Notes under the pieces: generated by a model
Seen by the model: only the letters and a program-made list of their open reading frames with translations
What the model was told of the DNA's origin: nothing
Databases searched by the model: none
Position numbers and translations under genes: made by a program
Source of the DNA: Pseudobacteriovorax sp.
GTDB taxonomy: Bacteria; Bdellovibrionota_B; Oligoflexia; Oligoflexales; Oligoflexaceae
Direction: 5' to 3'
Assembly: GCA_050293845.1 (NCBI GenBank)
Contig: JBNKNM010000137.1
Span: 1 to 14,464 of the forward strand
DNA length: 14,464 nt
Part shown: positions 7,568 to 14,464 of the stretch, one piece after another
How the letters are laid out: each line of letters opens with the position of its first letter
Position numbering within the stretch: position 1 is the stretch's first letter

Positions 7568-9823
7568 TTATGCCAGGGCAGATTCATTTCCGGAATCCAG
7601 GACAAATAGACAAGAAGAGTCCGTCTTTGAGGATATATCCCTTAATTTTTGAATGTTTATGCTGGAATTTGAGAGACCAAAGATATTAAGGTCTGCTTTA
7701 GGACTTATTGCTAAATGGTGATCAAATTCTCCATGGTATAAATAAATTTTTGTATTCGATGGTAAACGAGCATCTTTAGCTAAGGAATGGAGGAAGACAT
7801 CAGAAGGAGCGATGTTTTCACTTTTGTTGATAATGGAAACAAGATTAATATGCCCTTGCCAGTTACGATTCAACTGGTAACCAAGAAGTATAGCCAAATC
7901 AAGGTTTGCTAATCGTAACCCAAGGGTCCAATCTGGGCTCTGGTCCCTTATCCAGATATTTATTTCTCTTTCGCGGCCAAACAGAGTATCATTGTTCAGA
8001 ACCAAAAGAGCTACACCCATATGATGCTCTTTGGCAATAGTAAACAGGGATTCGACTTCTTCTTGTGTAAGATGATTGGTATCCATATATAGAATATTGG
8101 GCTTGAAAAAGCTTCCTTTAAGAATGGAAATGGCTATTTCGGTACCGTCTCCAATGGTTGGTGCTCCGACACTTGCATGAGTTGATAACAAACCTTCAGC
8201 TCTAAAGTAATCAACAATCTGTGAAAGTCTGTTAGTGTCAGGATTATGCTCATGGGTTTTAATGCTGAGAGCTTGAATAGATCCTTTAGGAGATACTAAG
8301 GAGAGTAAAAATCGGTATTCCCCCTGTAGCTGCTGCGTGTGCTTTATGGGAATCAAAATATCGGGTTTCCAAGCCCGTTCCAAGCCCTCTGAAATCCTCT
8401 TTTGACTTTGACGTGCTGCCCAATCAGCCAACGCCAGAAAAATCCCGGATCGTACGGTTTCCCACGGTGTTTCGAGTTGACGGCTTTCAAGGTAAATATA
8501 AACCGCTATCACTATCATAAGTGCTAACAGTCCAAAAAATGGGTGGGTGACGAGAATTGCTATGACGCTGGATATGGCACCCAGTGCTGGAACCCAAATG
8601 GGAACTTTAAAGGAAGGCCTGAAAGACACAAGGTTGAGGCTCTGCTCAATCAAAACAACAATATTTAAGGTTGCATAGGTAATGAGAAAAAACATGGTAA
8701 TCAGTGCGGCAACACGATTGAGATCTCCCAGTAGGAGTGCTCCTCCCACGATGGCAGTATTGACAAGCATAGCATTGCGAGGGGTTCCCCCCTTGCTTTC
8801 CCGAGATATAAAAGATTCTCCGGGAATGATTTTGTTCTGAGCCAGAGCAGCTAGTACATTGGGGGCTGCTACAAGGGAAGAAAGGGTGGCCGAAAAGCAA
8901 GAGCTTAGCAATCCAATTAAAACAGCTGGACCCCAAAAAGAATGCTCTGTGGCTATCAAGTAATTATTCTTCAGATCTTCAGGACTTGCTACGACACCAT
9001 ACCAAATGATAAGCAACGCATAAACAATGAGTGCGGTTGCCCAGGCCGCCATAGTTCCTTTAGGTATGGAACGACCGGGGTCAGCTAACTTGCCGGAAAG
9101 ACTGGCTCCCACTTTAATACCGGTTCCAGCAGGAAAAAAAATAGCAAATAGTATCCATAGGTTACCTGCTTCAAAATCGCCCCAGAGCTGAGGGGGGTGG
9201 AGTTCGGGGCTTGTCCAAAAACCTGCAAGCATGCTGATAAGAGCTGTGATTACGCCTACTAATACTATTGATTGCAGTTGGAGTGCTAATTTTTCACTGA
9301 TTATAGCCAGAGCCGCACCTGCCGAGAAAACGATGCAAACTATCCAATGGGTTTTGTGGTGGGGGAAAAAATACTGCCAACCTTCCACAAAGCCATAGAT
9401 ATAGAGGGCAGCCCCCAAACTTTGCGCAAGATAGAGAGGAAGTCCTACTGCACCACCAGCTTCGAGGCCCAAGGATTGGCTGACCAAAGCAAACACCCCT
9501 CCGGCGCGCAGGCGAATATTTGTGGTGATAGAGCTAAAGGATAATGCAGCAGTTCCCGTAATAACAAACGTTAACAGCAAGATTAACAGAGCCCCAATAA
9601 TCCCCCCATGGCCAACAATCCAGCCCATGCGGATATACATGATAACGCCGAAGATTGTTAGTATGGTTGGTCTAAAGACTCCAACGTAAGTACTGAGCTT
9701 TTTGCTGGCCTTGTATTTGTTTTTTTTTGGTGATTCTCTAGCGTTAGATTTATGCCGCTCATGGGGTGCTAATGGCTCAATGATCGGGTCTATTCTTGCT
9801 ATCGGGCTTCCCGGCTCTTGCAT
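7568..9823 (-). CDS. Cation-chloride cotransporter (CCC/SLC12-like, APC superfamily)
   Basis: TM1 motif GVFRPTILTIFGVIMYIRMGWIVG, TM6 motif FFPAGTGI…SG.L.DP.RSIPKGT, and MFFLITY. About 12 hydrophobic segments are followed by a cytoplasmic C-terminal domain beginning near WKPDIL. Confidence 0.88.
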   Translation of the reverse strand: MQEPGSPIARIDPIIEPLAPHERHKSNARESPKKNKYKASKKLSTYVGVFRPTILTIFGVIMYIRMGWIVGHGGIIGALLILLLTFVITGTAALSFSSITTNIRLRAGGVFALVSQSLGLEAGGAVGLPLYLAQSLGAALYIYGFVEGWQYFFPHHKTHWIVCIVFSAGAALAIISEKLALQLQSIVLVGVITALISMLAGFWTSPELHPPQLWGDFEAGNLWILFAIFFPAGTGIKVGASLSGKLADPGRSIPKGTMAAWATALIVYALLIIWYGVVASPEDLKNNYLIATEHSFWGPAVLIGLLSSCFSATLSSLVAAPNVLAALAQNKIIPGESFISRESKGGTPRNAMLVNTAIVGGALLLGDLNRVAALITMFFLITYATLNIVVLIEQSLNLVSFRPSFKVPIWVPALGAISSVIAILVTHPFFGLLALMIVIAVYIYLESRQLETPWETVRSGIFLALADWAARQSQKRISEGLERAWKPDILIPIKHTQQLQGEYRFLLSLVSPKGSIQALSIKTHEHNPDTNRLSQIVDYFRAEGLLSTHASVGAPTIGDGTEIAISILKGSFFKPNILYMDTNHLTQEEVESLFTIAKEHHMGVALLVLNNDTLFGREREINIWIRDQSPDWTLGLRLANLDLAILLGYQLNRNWQGHINLVSIINKSENIAPSDVFLHSLAKDARLPSNTKIYLYHGEFDHHLAISPKADLNIFGLSNSSINIQKLRDISSKTDSSCLFVLDSGNESALA

Positions 9824-9906
9824 TTCAAGTTCTATCCTATTCTCAGCTCAACTATATAAATGGGCGCGTTACTGGGGTTTAATTAGAGCTGTAATGCATG
9901 CTCTGA

Positions 9907-9933
9907 GTATCGGATTGTCTTTGAAAATCATTA
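9907..9933 (-). promoter_or_regulatory. Candidate sigma28-type promoter for the CCC transporter
   Basis: Minus strand reads TAAT-N15-TCCGATAC. Confidence 0.5.
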
Positions 9934-9998
9934 ATTTGTAACTGCAAATAGACATTTTTAGTATCTGTGTACTATACCGTTATTCTACTGAGAAGCAT

Positions 9999-10019
9999 TT
10001 TGTCAACTATCTTGACAAA
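9999..10019. promoter_or_regulatory. Palindrome TTTGTCAA-N5-TTGACAAA in the divergent intergenic region
   Basis: Perfect 8-bp arms (9999-10006 and 10012-10019). It could be a dimeric TF site or back-to-back -35 boxes; no good -10 was found at 17 nt on either side. Confidence 0.4.
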
Positions 10020-10106
10020 GATATGAAGGAATCAACAGAGCAAATGTCAAGTTTATTAAAAATATTATTACGTTTCCGTTAGTTGCATGAAAATTTCTAG
10101 AAACAG

Positions 10107-10134
10107 TCAGGGCTTAAGGAAGACCTGTCGATAG
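10107..10134 (+). promoter_or_regulatory. Weak candidate sigma28-type promoter for the second REC gene
   Basis: TCAG-N16-GTCGATAG, about 32 nt upstream of ATG 10167. Confidence 0.35.
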
Positions 10135-10166
10135 CTTTTCTATAGAACCAGGTGAGGAGTTCTCTA

Positions 10167-10529
10167 ATGGGTAGAATTCTTGTTATTGACGACACAGCTG
10201 ATCTAAGAATCATGCTGAAAGATTTTTTTGAAGATCTCGGTCATGAGGTGTTAGAAGCCAAGACAGGTGCAGAGGGTTTACATATCATAAGTGGTGAGCC
10301 ACTGGATTTGGTGATTAGCGATATCATAATGCCTGATATGAATGGTGTGGATATGATGAAGACCCTCAGACGCAGTAATAAAAAATTACCGGTTATCGTA
10401 TTATCGGGTTATCAAGAAGAGCTGTCGTCAATAAAACGGCATGGGGTTTATGCTTGCCTTATCAAGCCTCCCAACTTCAGCGAGTTGAAGAACCTGGTAG
10501 ATATCATTACCGGTAAGATTTCCGCTTAG
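10167..10529 (+). CDS. Stand-alone CheY-like response regulator receiver
   Basis: Motifs ILVIDD, VISDIIMPDMNG (phospho-Asp), PVIVLSG and IKP. A GAGGAG RBS favours ATG 10167 over GTG 10152. Confidence 0.93.
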   Translation: MGRILVIDDTADLRIMLKDFFEDLGHEVLEAKTGAEGLHIISGEPLDLVISDIIMPDMNGVDMMKTLRRSNKKLPVIVLSGYQEELSSIKRHGVYACLIKPPNFSELKNLVDIITGKISA

Positions 10530-10578
10530 ATTTCGTTTATTGATCTGAAATTGACTGTCCATTCAATTTTCCGAAAAT

Positions 10579-10657
10579 CCTCACCTACCTAGGTTGATGA
10601 GGCTTAGGGGAACAGGAATCCCCTACTATAGCCGCTTTAGCGGCGGGAGGCTGTCAA
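10579..10657 (+). mobile_element. Orphan IS200/IS605-family right-end remnant (no tnpA or tnpB); left boundary uncertain
   Basis: GAACAGGAATCCCCTACTATAGCCGCTTTAGCGGCGGGAGGCTGTCAA has the recalled layout of IS605/IS1341-type right ends (GAATCCCC…hairpin…GGGAG..TGTCAA), with a subterminal GC hairpin and terminal TCAA. Further stems are CCTCA/TGAGG and TAGGGG/CCCCTA. Confidence 0.55.
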
Positions 10658-11133
10658 GAAACGTCTTTAATCCGATATTCAAGTAGACCTCGGGGAGATT
10701 CAATAACGATCTCATCGTTGATATGTTTTTCTAAAAGCTCTTCTCCCAAAGGAGAGTGAGGTGTAATCACTTCAATTTTGTGACCTTCATAAAAAATGGA
10801 AAGTCCTCCACCTTGGGGAGAGAGAAAGTAAAAATGGGTGTGACCATCGTGCTCTAACTCCACCAGAGCGGTGAGTCCAATGTCTTCATCTTTGCCAAAG
10901 TTTTTAATGTTTAAAGATTTGAGTGCTGCCAGCTGACCGCGGGCGGCATTGACTCTTACTGTTTGTGCTTTTGCCAAAAGACCTGCCTCAAGGGAGCGAT
11001 GGTCAATTTGACTTGCTGGGACGTTGTCCTCTTGCAGGGACTCACATTCTGCATCGGTAACTGATTGATCAAGGGTATGGATTTCGTCTTCAAGAGTTGC
11101 TAGAATTCTACCCATTATTTCTTCTTTCTTCAT
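10654..11133 (-). CDS. GreA/GreB-family transcription elongation factor-like protein
   Basis: N-terminal coiled coil. The C-terminal domain has IGLTALVEL, ITPHSPLGEELL and EYRIKDV, matching the Gre C-terminal SPLG motif. A GGAGGG RBS supports ATG 11133 (MKKEE). Confidence 0.82.
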   Translation of the reverse strand: MKKEEIMGRILATLEDEIHTLDQSVTDAECESLQEDNVPASQIDHRSLEAGLLAKAQTVRVNAARGQLAALKSLNIKNFGKDEDIGLTALVELEHDGHTHFYFLSPQGGGLSIFYEGHKIEVITPHSPLGEELLEKHINDEIVIESPRGLLEYRIKDVS

Positions 11134-11316
11134 TCTACGTACCCTCCACTTGGTGTCATCCCAAGCTCTTGATTGAACACTGTTAGCATCGGTATGCAAT
11201 TTCAATTACACTTAATATCTTTGGGTATACTTTTAAAATAGCTATGCAGCTGGGCTCTATTTACTTGCTAATACGAAATTCAAGGTTTTGCAATCATTAG
11301 TGAATCAAAACAAGCT

Positions 11317-11343
11317 TAGGTTTTTTGATAAGAAAGCCGATAT
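11317..11343 (+). promoter_or_regulatory. Candidate sigma28-type promoter for the L-domain lipoprotein
   Basis: TAGG-N15-GCCGATAT, with a -10 identical to the SigD-type consensus, 35 nt upstream of ATG 11379. Confidence 0.55.
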
Positions 11344-11378
11344 GAACTGTGTTTTATCTTAAACTCTAGGGGCCATAT

Positions 11379-13238
11379 ATGCGTCATCAGACATTAAAGC
11401 TGTTCGCGTTACTATCTGTTTTTTTTGTCATTATTTCATGTAGCAACAACAAAAAATCAGATGATCCGGCAACGATAGGATCGGCGAATCTGGGGGGAGA
11501 ACTTTGTGAAGGTGATGCTAATGGCAACATCTATATTAGCTATAATTCAGAAAACACCATTGAGGAATTGTCACACTGCGGAGTCATCCAAGCTAATCTT
11601 TATGTGCATTATAATCTGGGAATGAAAGACTTATCGAGTCTTGCCAATCTCACAGAGATTACAGGAACATTAAGTCTGGTAGATAACGAGGCATTAACCA
11701 GTCTTGAGCATTTAGCTAACCTTGCCAAAGTTGGCGGTAATCTTAGTATTGCACGCAACTCCCAATTAAAGAACCTCAAGGGTCTTGAGAACTTAATTGA
11801 AATTGGGGGGGATCTAATCATCGATGGCAATAAAAATATTGAAGATACCTCAAGTCTTAGCCAGGTCTCTCAAATTGGGGGAAGCATTTTAATCTATGGG
11901 GAGGCCAAATTAGCATCCCTGGATGGGCTTTCCCAAATTAAATCGGCTAATGATTTAGTCATATTAGGAAATAAAGGTCTTAGCCAGGTAAATCTACAAG
12001 GTTTGGAAGAGCTGGCAGGTGACTTTAAAGTGGTCGAAAATATCGATTTAGCCAATCTTAATCAGCTGTCGCAACTTAAATCGATTGGCGGAAGTATCAT
12101 TATTTCAGAAAATGTTGGTTTGACCAATCTCATAGCTGAAAGTACCCTCAACACGGTGCAGGGGGGAATTTTTATTACCGATAACGGAGAACTAACATCT
12201 TTGACCACCTTAGCAGCCATTCAATCGCCTATCAGCTCCTTGAGCATAACACAGAATGCGCTGTTAGATGTGGTGAATCTTGCTAATGTGACAGAAATTA
12301 CCGGTGACGTATTAGTGGAATTTAATGATGCCCTAACTACCTTAGATATTAATAATACAAGCTCAGTCGGAGGAAAGTTTTCTCTTGCTAATCTTAGTGC
12401 TTTTACCACCTTGTCTGCGGCAAAACTTACTTCCATAAGCGATAGGCTTACCGTTGATAAGGTCCCCAATCTCGGTTCGTTTGCAGGTCTGGGAGCTCTC
12501 AGCCAAGTGGGGGGATTGATAGCTATCGAAAACGAAAAGCTGGCAAGCCTTGCCGGACTTGAGCAGCTCACAACCGTTGCTGGCAGCTTAAAGTTTGTCA
12601 GTAATCCCGCTCTCAATGATATCACTGCCCTGGCTAAGGTTACCGGGAACATTGCTGGAGATCTTGAAGTGAGTGGCTCTGAAGCCCTCACTTCCATAGC
12701 ATCCCTGGGGGGGGTCACCAGCACTTCAGGCTATGTGTATATCGTTGGGACTGGGGTTTCTAGCCTAGGGGGCCTTGATGCTATCACTAGTGTGGGGACA
12801 GATATAGAAATTGCTTTTAACCCTAATTTAGCGGGTGATATTACTCAGTTTGCAAATATCACCCAGATTCCAGGACATTTAAAACTTATGAATAATGAGA
12901 GCGTTACGGGACTTTCTGGCTTTAGGAATGTCACAGCGGTTGGGAGTTATCTCCAGTTGGTAAATATGGAACAATTGACCTCACTTGCTGATATAAGCAG
13001 CATAGCTACGGTCGGTGACTTTTTTGAACTTAATGATAATAATGGGCTCAGATCTGTGACCGAATTGGGGCTAACAAATGTTATGGGTGAGTTTCGTATT
13101 ATACAGAACAGATGCTTAGATGTCGCTAATATAGCCACTTTCACTGGGGGTGGTGTCAGCTATAACAATGAACTTGAGATGATAGCAAATAATGGCTTAA
13201 GCATAGATGATGCTGAGCTTTGCCCCGTACTACCTTAA
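11379..13238 (+). CDS. Surface lipoprotein built of receptor-L-domain-type leucine-rich repeats
   Basis: Lipobox IISC, then roughly 20 tandem ~22-26-aa repeats of the form LxxLxxLxxLxx(V/I)GGxLxIxxN, with Cys residues in the capping regions at both ends. Confidence 0.85.
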   Translation: MRHQTLKLFALLSVFFVIISCSNNKKSDDPATIGSANLGGELCEGDANGNIYISYNSENTIEELSHCGVIQANLYVHYNLGMKDLSSLANLTEITGTLSLVDNEALTSLEHLANLAKVGGNLSIARNSQLKNLKGLENLIEIGGDLIIDGNKNIEDTSSLSQVSQIGGSILIYGEAKLASLDGLSQIKSANDLVILGNKGLSQVNLQGLEELAGDFKVVENIDLANLNQLSQLKSIGGSIIISENVGLTNLIAESTLNTVQGGIFITDNGELTSLTTLAAIQSPISSLSITQNALLDVVNLANVTEITGDVLVEFNDALTTLDINNTSSVGGKFSLANLSAFTTLSAAKLTSISDRLTVDKVPNLGSFAGLGALSQVGGLIAIENEKLASLAGLEQLTTVAGSLKFVSNPALNDITALAKVTGNIAGDLEVSGSEALTSIASLGGVTSTSGYVYIVGTGVSSLGGLDAITSVGTDIEIAFNPNLAGDITQFANITQIPGHLKLMNNESVTGLSGFRNVTAVGSYLQLVNMEQLTSLADISSIATVGDFFELNDNNGLRSVTELGLTNVMGEFRIIQNRCLDVANIATFTGGGVSYNNELEMIANNGLSIDDAELCPVLP

Positions 13239-13259
13239 TCTATCATAGGATAAGGGTTC

Positions 13260-13286
13260 TTAAGAAATTCACCCTGCTACCGAAAG
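13260..13286 (+). promoter_or_regulatory. Weak candidate sigma28-type promoter for the histidine kinase
   Basis: TTAA-N15-ACCGAAAG, about 20 nt upstream of ATG 13306. Confidence 0.35.
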
Positions 13287-13305
13287 CTAGTTAAAGCGGG
13301 GTACC

Positions 13306-14464
13306 ATGAATATCTCTAACTTCGGTCACTTATTCAAGTCCTTACTGCCAAAAGAAAAATTAATTGTAAGCTTTTCGCTTATGGGTGTTTTTTCTTGCTT
13401 AGTTTTTTCGGTTATTTCATATTTATCTGATAATAAAGACGAAAGTTTGATTTTATTACTTCTTGCTGTCTTTATGATATTACCTTTGGTTTTACAAATA
13501 AAAACCCGCAATAGCTTTTATGGTTCTGTATGCCTCATCTTTTTTTCTGCGTTTGCCATTGCTATAGGATCGGGATTTGACGATGGTTTTGAAGATGCTT
13601 CCCTCTATTGGTACTCGATTCTTCCACTGATAGGGGGCATGTTGCTGCAGAAAAAGGGTATTTTAGTAGGGACCAGTTGTTCTTATTTTGCTTTTGCTCT
13701 GTACTCCACGAGGGATGCGATTCTGGGGATTAACATTCCCTTTTATGGTACTTATCTAGATAATTTGAGTGGAATTTACCTTTTCACCCTCGTTGTGGCT
13801 TCGATTTGCTGGCAATTTGTCAATGCTAGTGAATGGATGCTCATAGGACGTACGGAGAAAATTAATATTCTATTGAAAATTGTTTCCCATGATATATCCA
13901 ATTCCTTGATGGTGGTGCAAGGGCTGAGCCAGCACTTGCTAGAAAATTTCGACCATGAGGAACAAGTTAAATTTGCCTTAGGCAAGATTTCAAAATCCGC
14001 GATAAATATTAGTAATATTTTAGAAAGAGTCAGATGCCTCCAATCTATTAAAAGTGATAATTTAATGATGGAATTGCAGTCGATTTCAATAAAAGAGGTT
14101 TTTCAAAGTGCGATTTCAACCTTCGAAACCCAGTTACATAAAAAAAAGATAAAGTTAATTTTAGAAATTGATCAGCCAGATCTCTACTTTATTGCTGAAC
14201 CCGTAACGTTTATTAACGAAGTGCTTAATAATCTCATCAGTAATGCCATTAAGTTTTCCCACCCGGGTAGCAAGGTTGTCGTAGGGGGGTGCCGTGAAAA
14301 TGACTTGATACATATTACTGTTCGTGATTTTGGAATCGGTATCTCCCGACAATTAAAAAAAGATCTTTTCAATAATTTTAAACCAACGTCAAGAAAAGGG
14401 ACTCAAGGAGAAGAGGGAACTGGATTTGGATTACCCATTGCGCGATTTCTTGTCCTGCTATATG
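13306..14464 (+). CDS. Membrane sensor histidine kinase (HisKA + HATPase_c), 3'-truncated by the window edge; absent from the ORF track
   Basis: Manual translation from ATG 13306 is open to the window end. It shows about 5-6 TM segments, H-box IVSHDISNSL (His at 13888-13890), N-box EVLNNLISNAIKFS, G1 VRDFGIGI and G2 GEEGTGFGL. Confidence 0.93.
   Translation, partial: MNISNFGHLFKSLLPKEKLIVSFSLMGVFSCLVFSVISYLSDNKDESLILLLLAVFMILPLVLQIKTRNSFYGSVCLIFFSAFAIAIGSGFDDGFEDASLYWYSILPLIGGMLLQKKGILVGTSCSYFAFALYSTRDAILGINIPFYGTYLDNLSGIYLFTLVVASICWQFVNASEWMLIGRTEKINILLKIVSHDISNSLMVVQGLSQHLLENFDHEEQVKFALGKISKSAINISNILERVRCLQSIKSDNLMMELQSISIKEVFQSAISTFETQLHKKKIKLILEIDQPDLYFIAEPVTFINEVLNNLISNAIKFSHPGSKVVVGGCRENDLIHITVRDFGIGISRQLKKDLFNNFKPTSRKGTQGEEGTGFGLPIARFLVLLY

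Noticed and set aside
3593..9941. Short overlapping ORFs 3593-3784, 4258-4443, 4693-4950, 5264-5563, 5588-5878, 6722-7033, 8646-8936, 9347-9544 and 9702-9941
   Set aside because: All lie within or largely overlap well-supported genes in other frames or strands and show no domain features.
11186..11215. Possible sigma28 promoter for the Gre-like gene (TAAG-N17-ACCGATGC, minus strand)
   Set aside because: The 17-nt spacer is longer than the 15-16 nt expected, so it was not counted.
11609..14372. Minus-strand ORFs 11609-11830, 12221-12724, 12947-13144, 13326-13511, 13776-13985, 14161-14352 and 14184-14372
   Set aside because: Antisense shadows of the L-domain lipoprotein and the histidine kinase.
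1..14464. CRISPR array, tRNA/rRNA, intact transposase, prophage or known defence system
   Set aside because: No regularly spaced direct repeats, cloverleafs or diagnostic protein motifs were seen. The repeats in 11379-13238 exist at the protein level only.

Overview
A gene-dense, roughly 40% GC bacterial chromosomal window of mostly unlinked genes, with no rRNA, tRNA, CRISPR array or intact transposase recognised. The gene mix suggests Bdellovibrionota/Oligoflexia or a similar delta-like lineage, but this is inference only. In order it encodes: a stand-alone receiver protein, a 585-aa lipoprotein with two CxxCH heme-c motifs, a DUF4442/hotdog-fold protein, a START/SRPBCC (RatA/Coq10-like) protein, a PilZ protein coupled to a degenerate receiver-TPR protein, a secreted M14 zinc carboxypeptidase, an SLC12-like cation-chloride cotransporter, a second stand-alone receiver, a GreA/GreB-like protein, a receptor-L-domain repeat lipoprotein, and a membrane histidine kinase that runs off the right edge and is missing from the ORF track. 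The most interesting signals are non-coding. Up to seven sigma28/FliA-like promoters lie in front of non-flagellar genes, one matching both consensus boxes ahead of the cytochrome. An orphan IS200/IS605-type right end supplies a gene's stop codon. A ~170-nt long-range hairpin at 3943-4114 may be an unannotated structured RNA.
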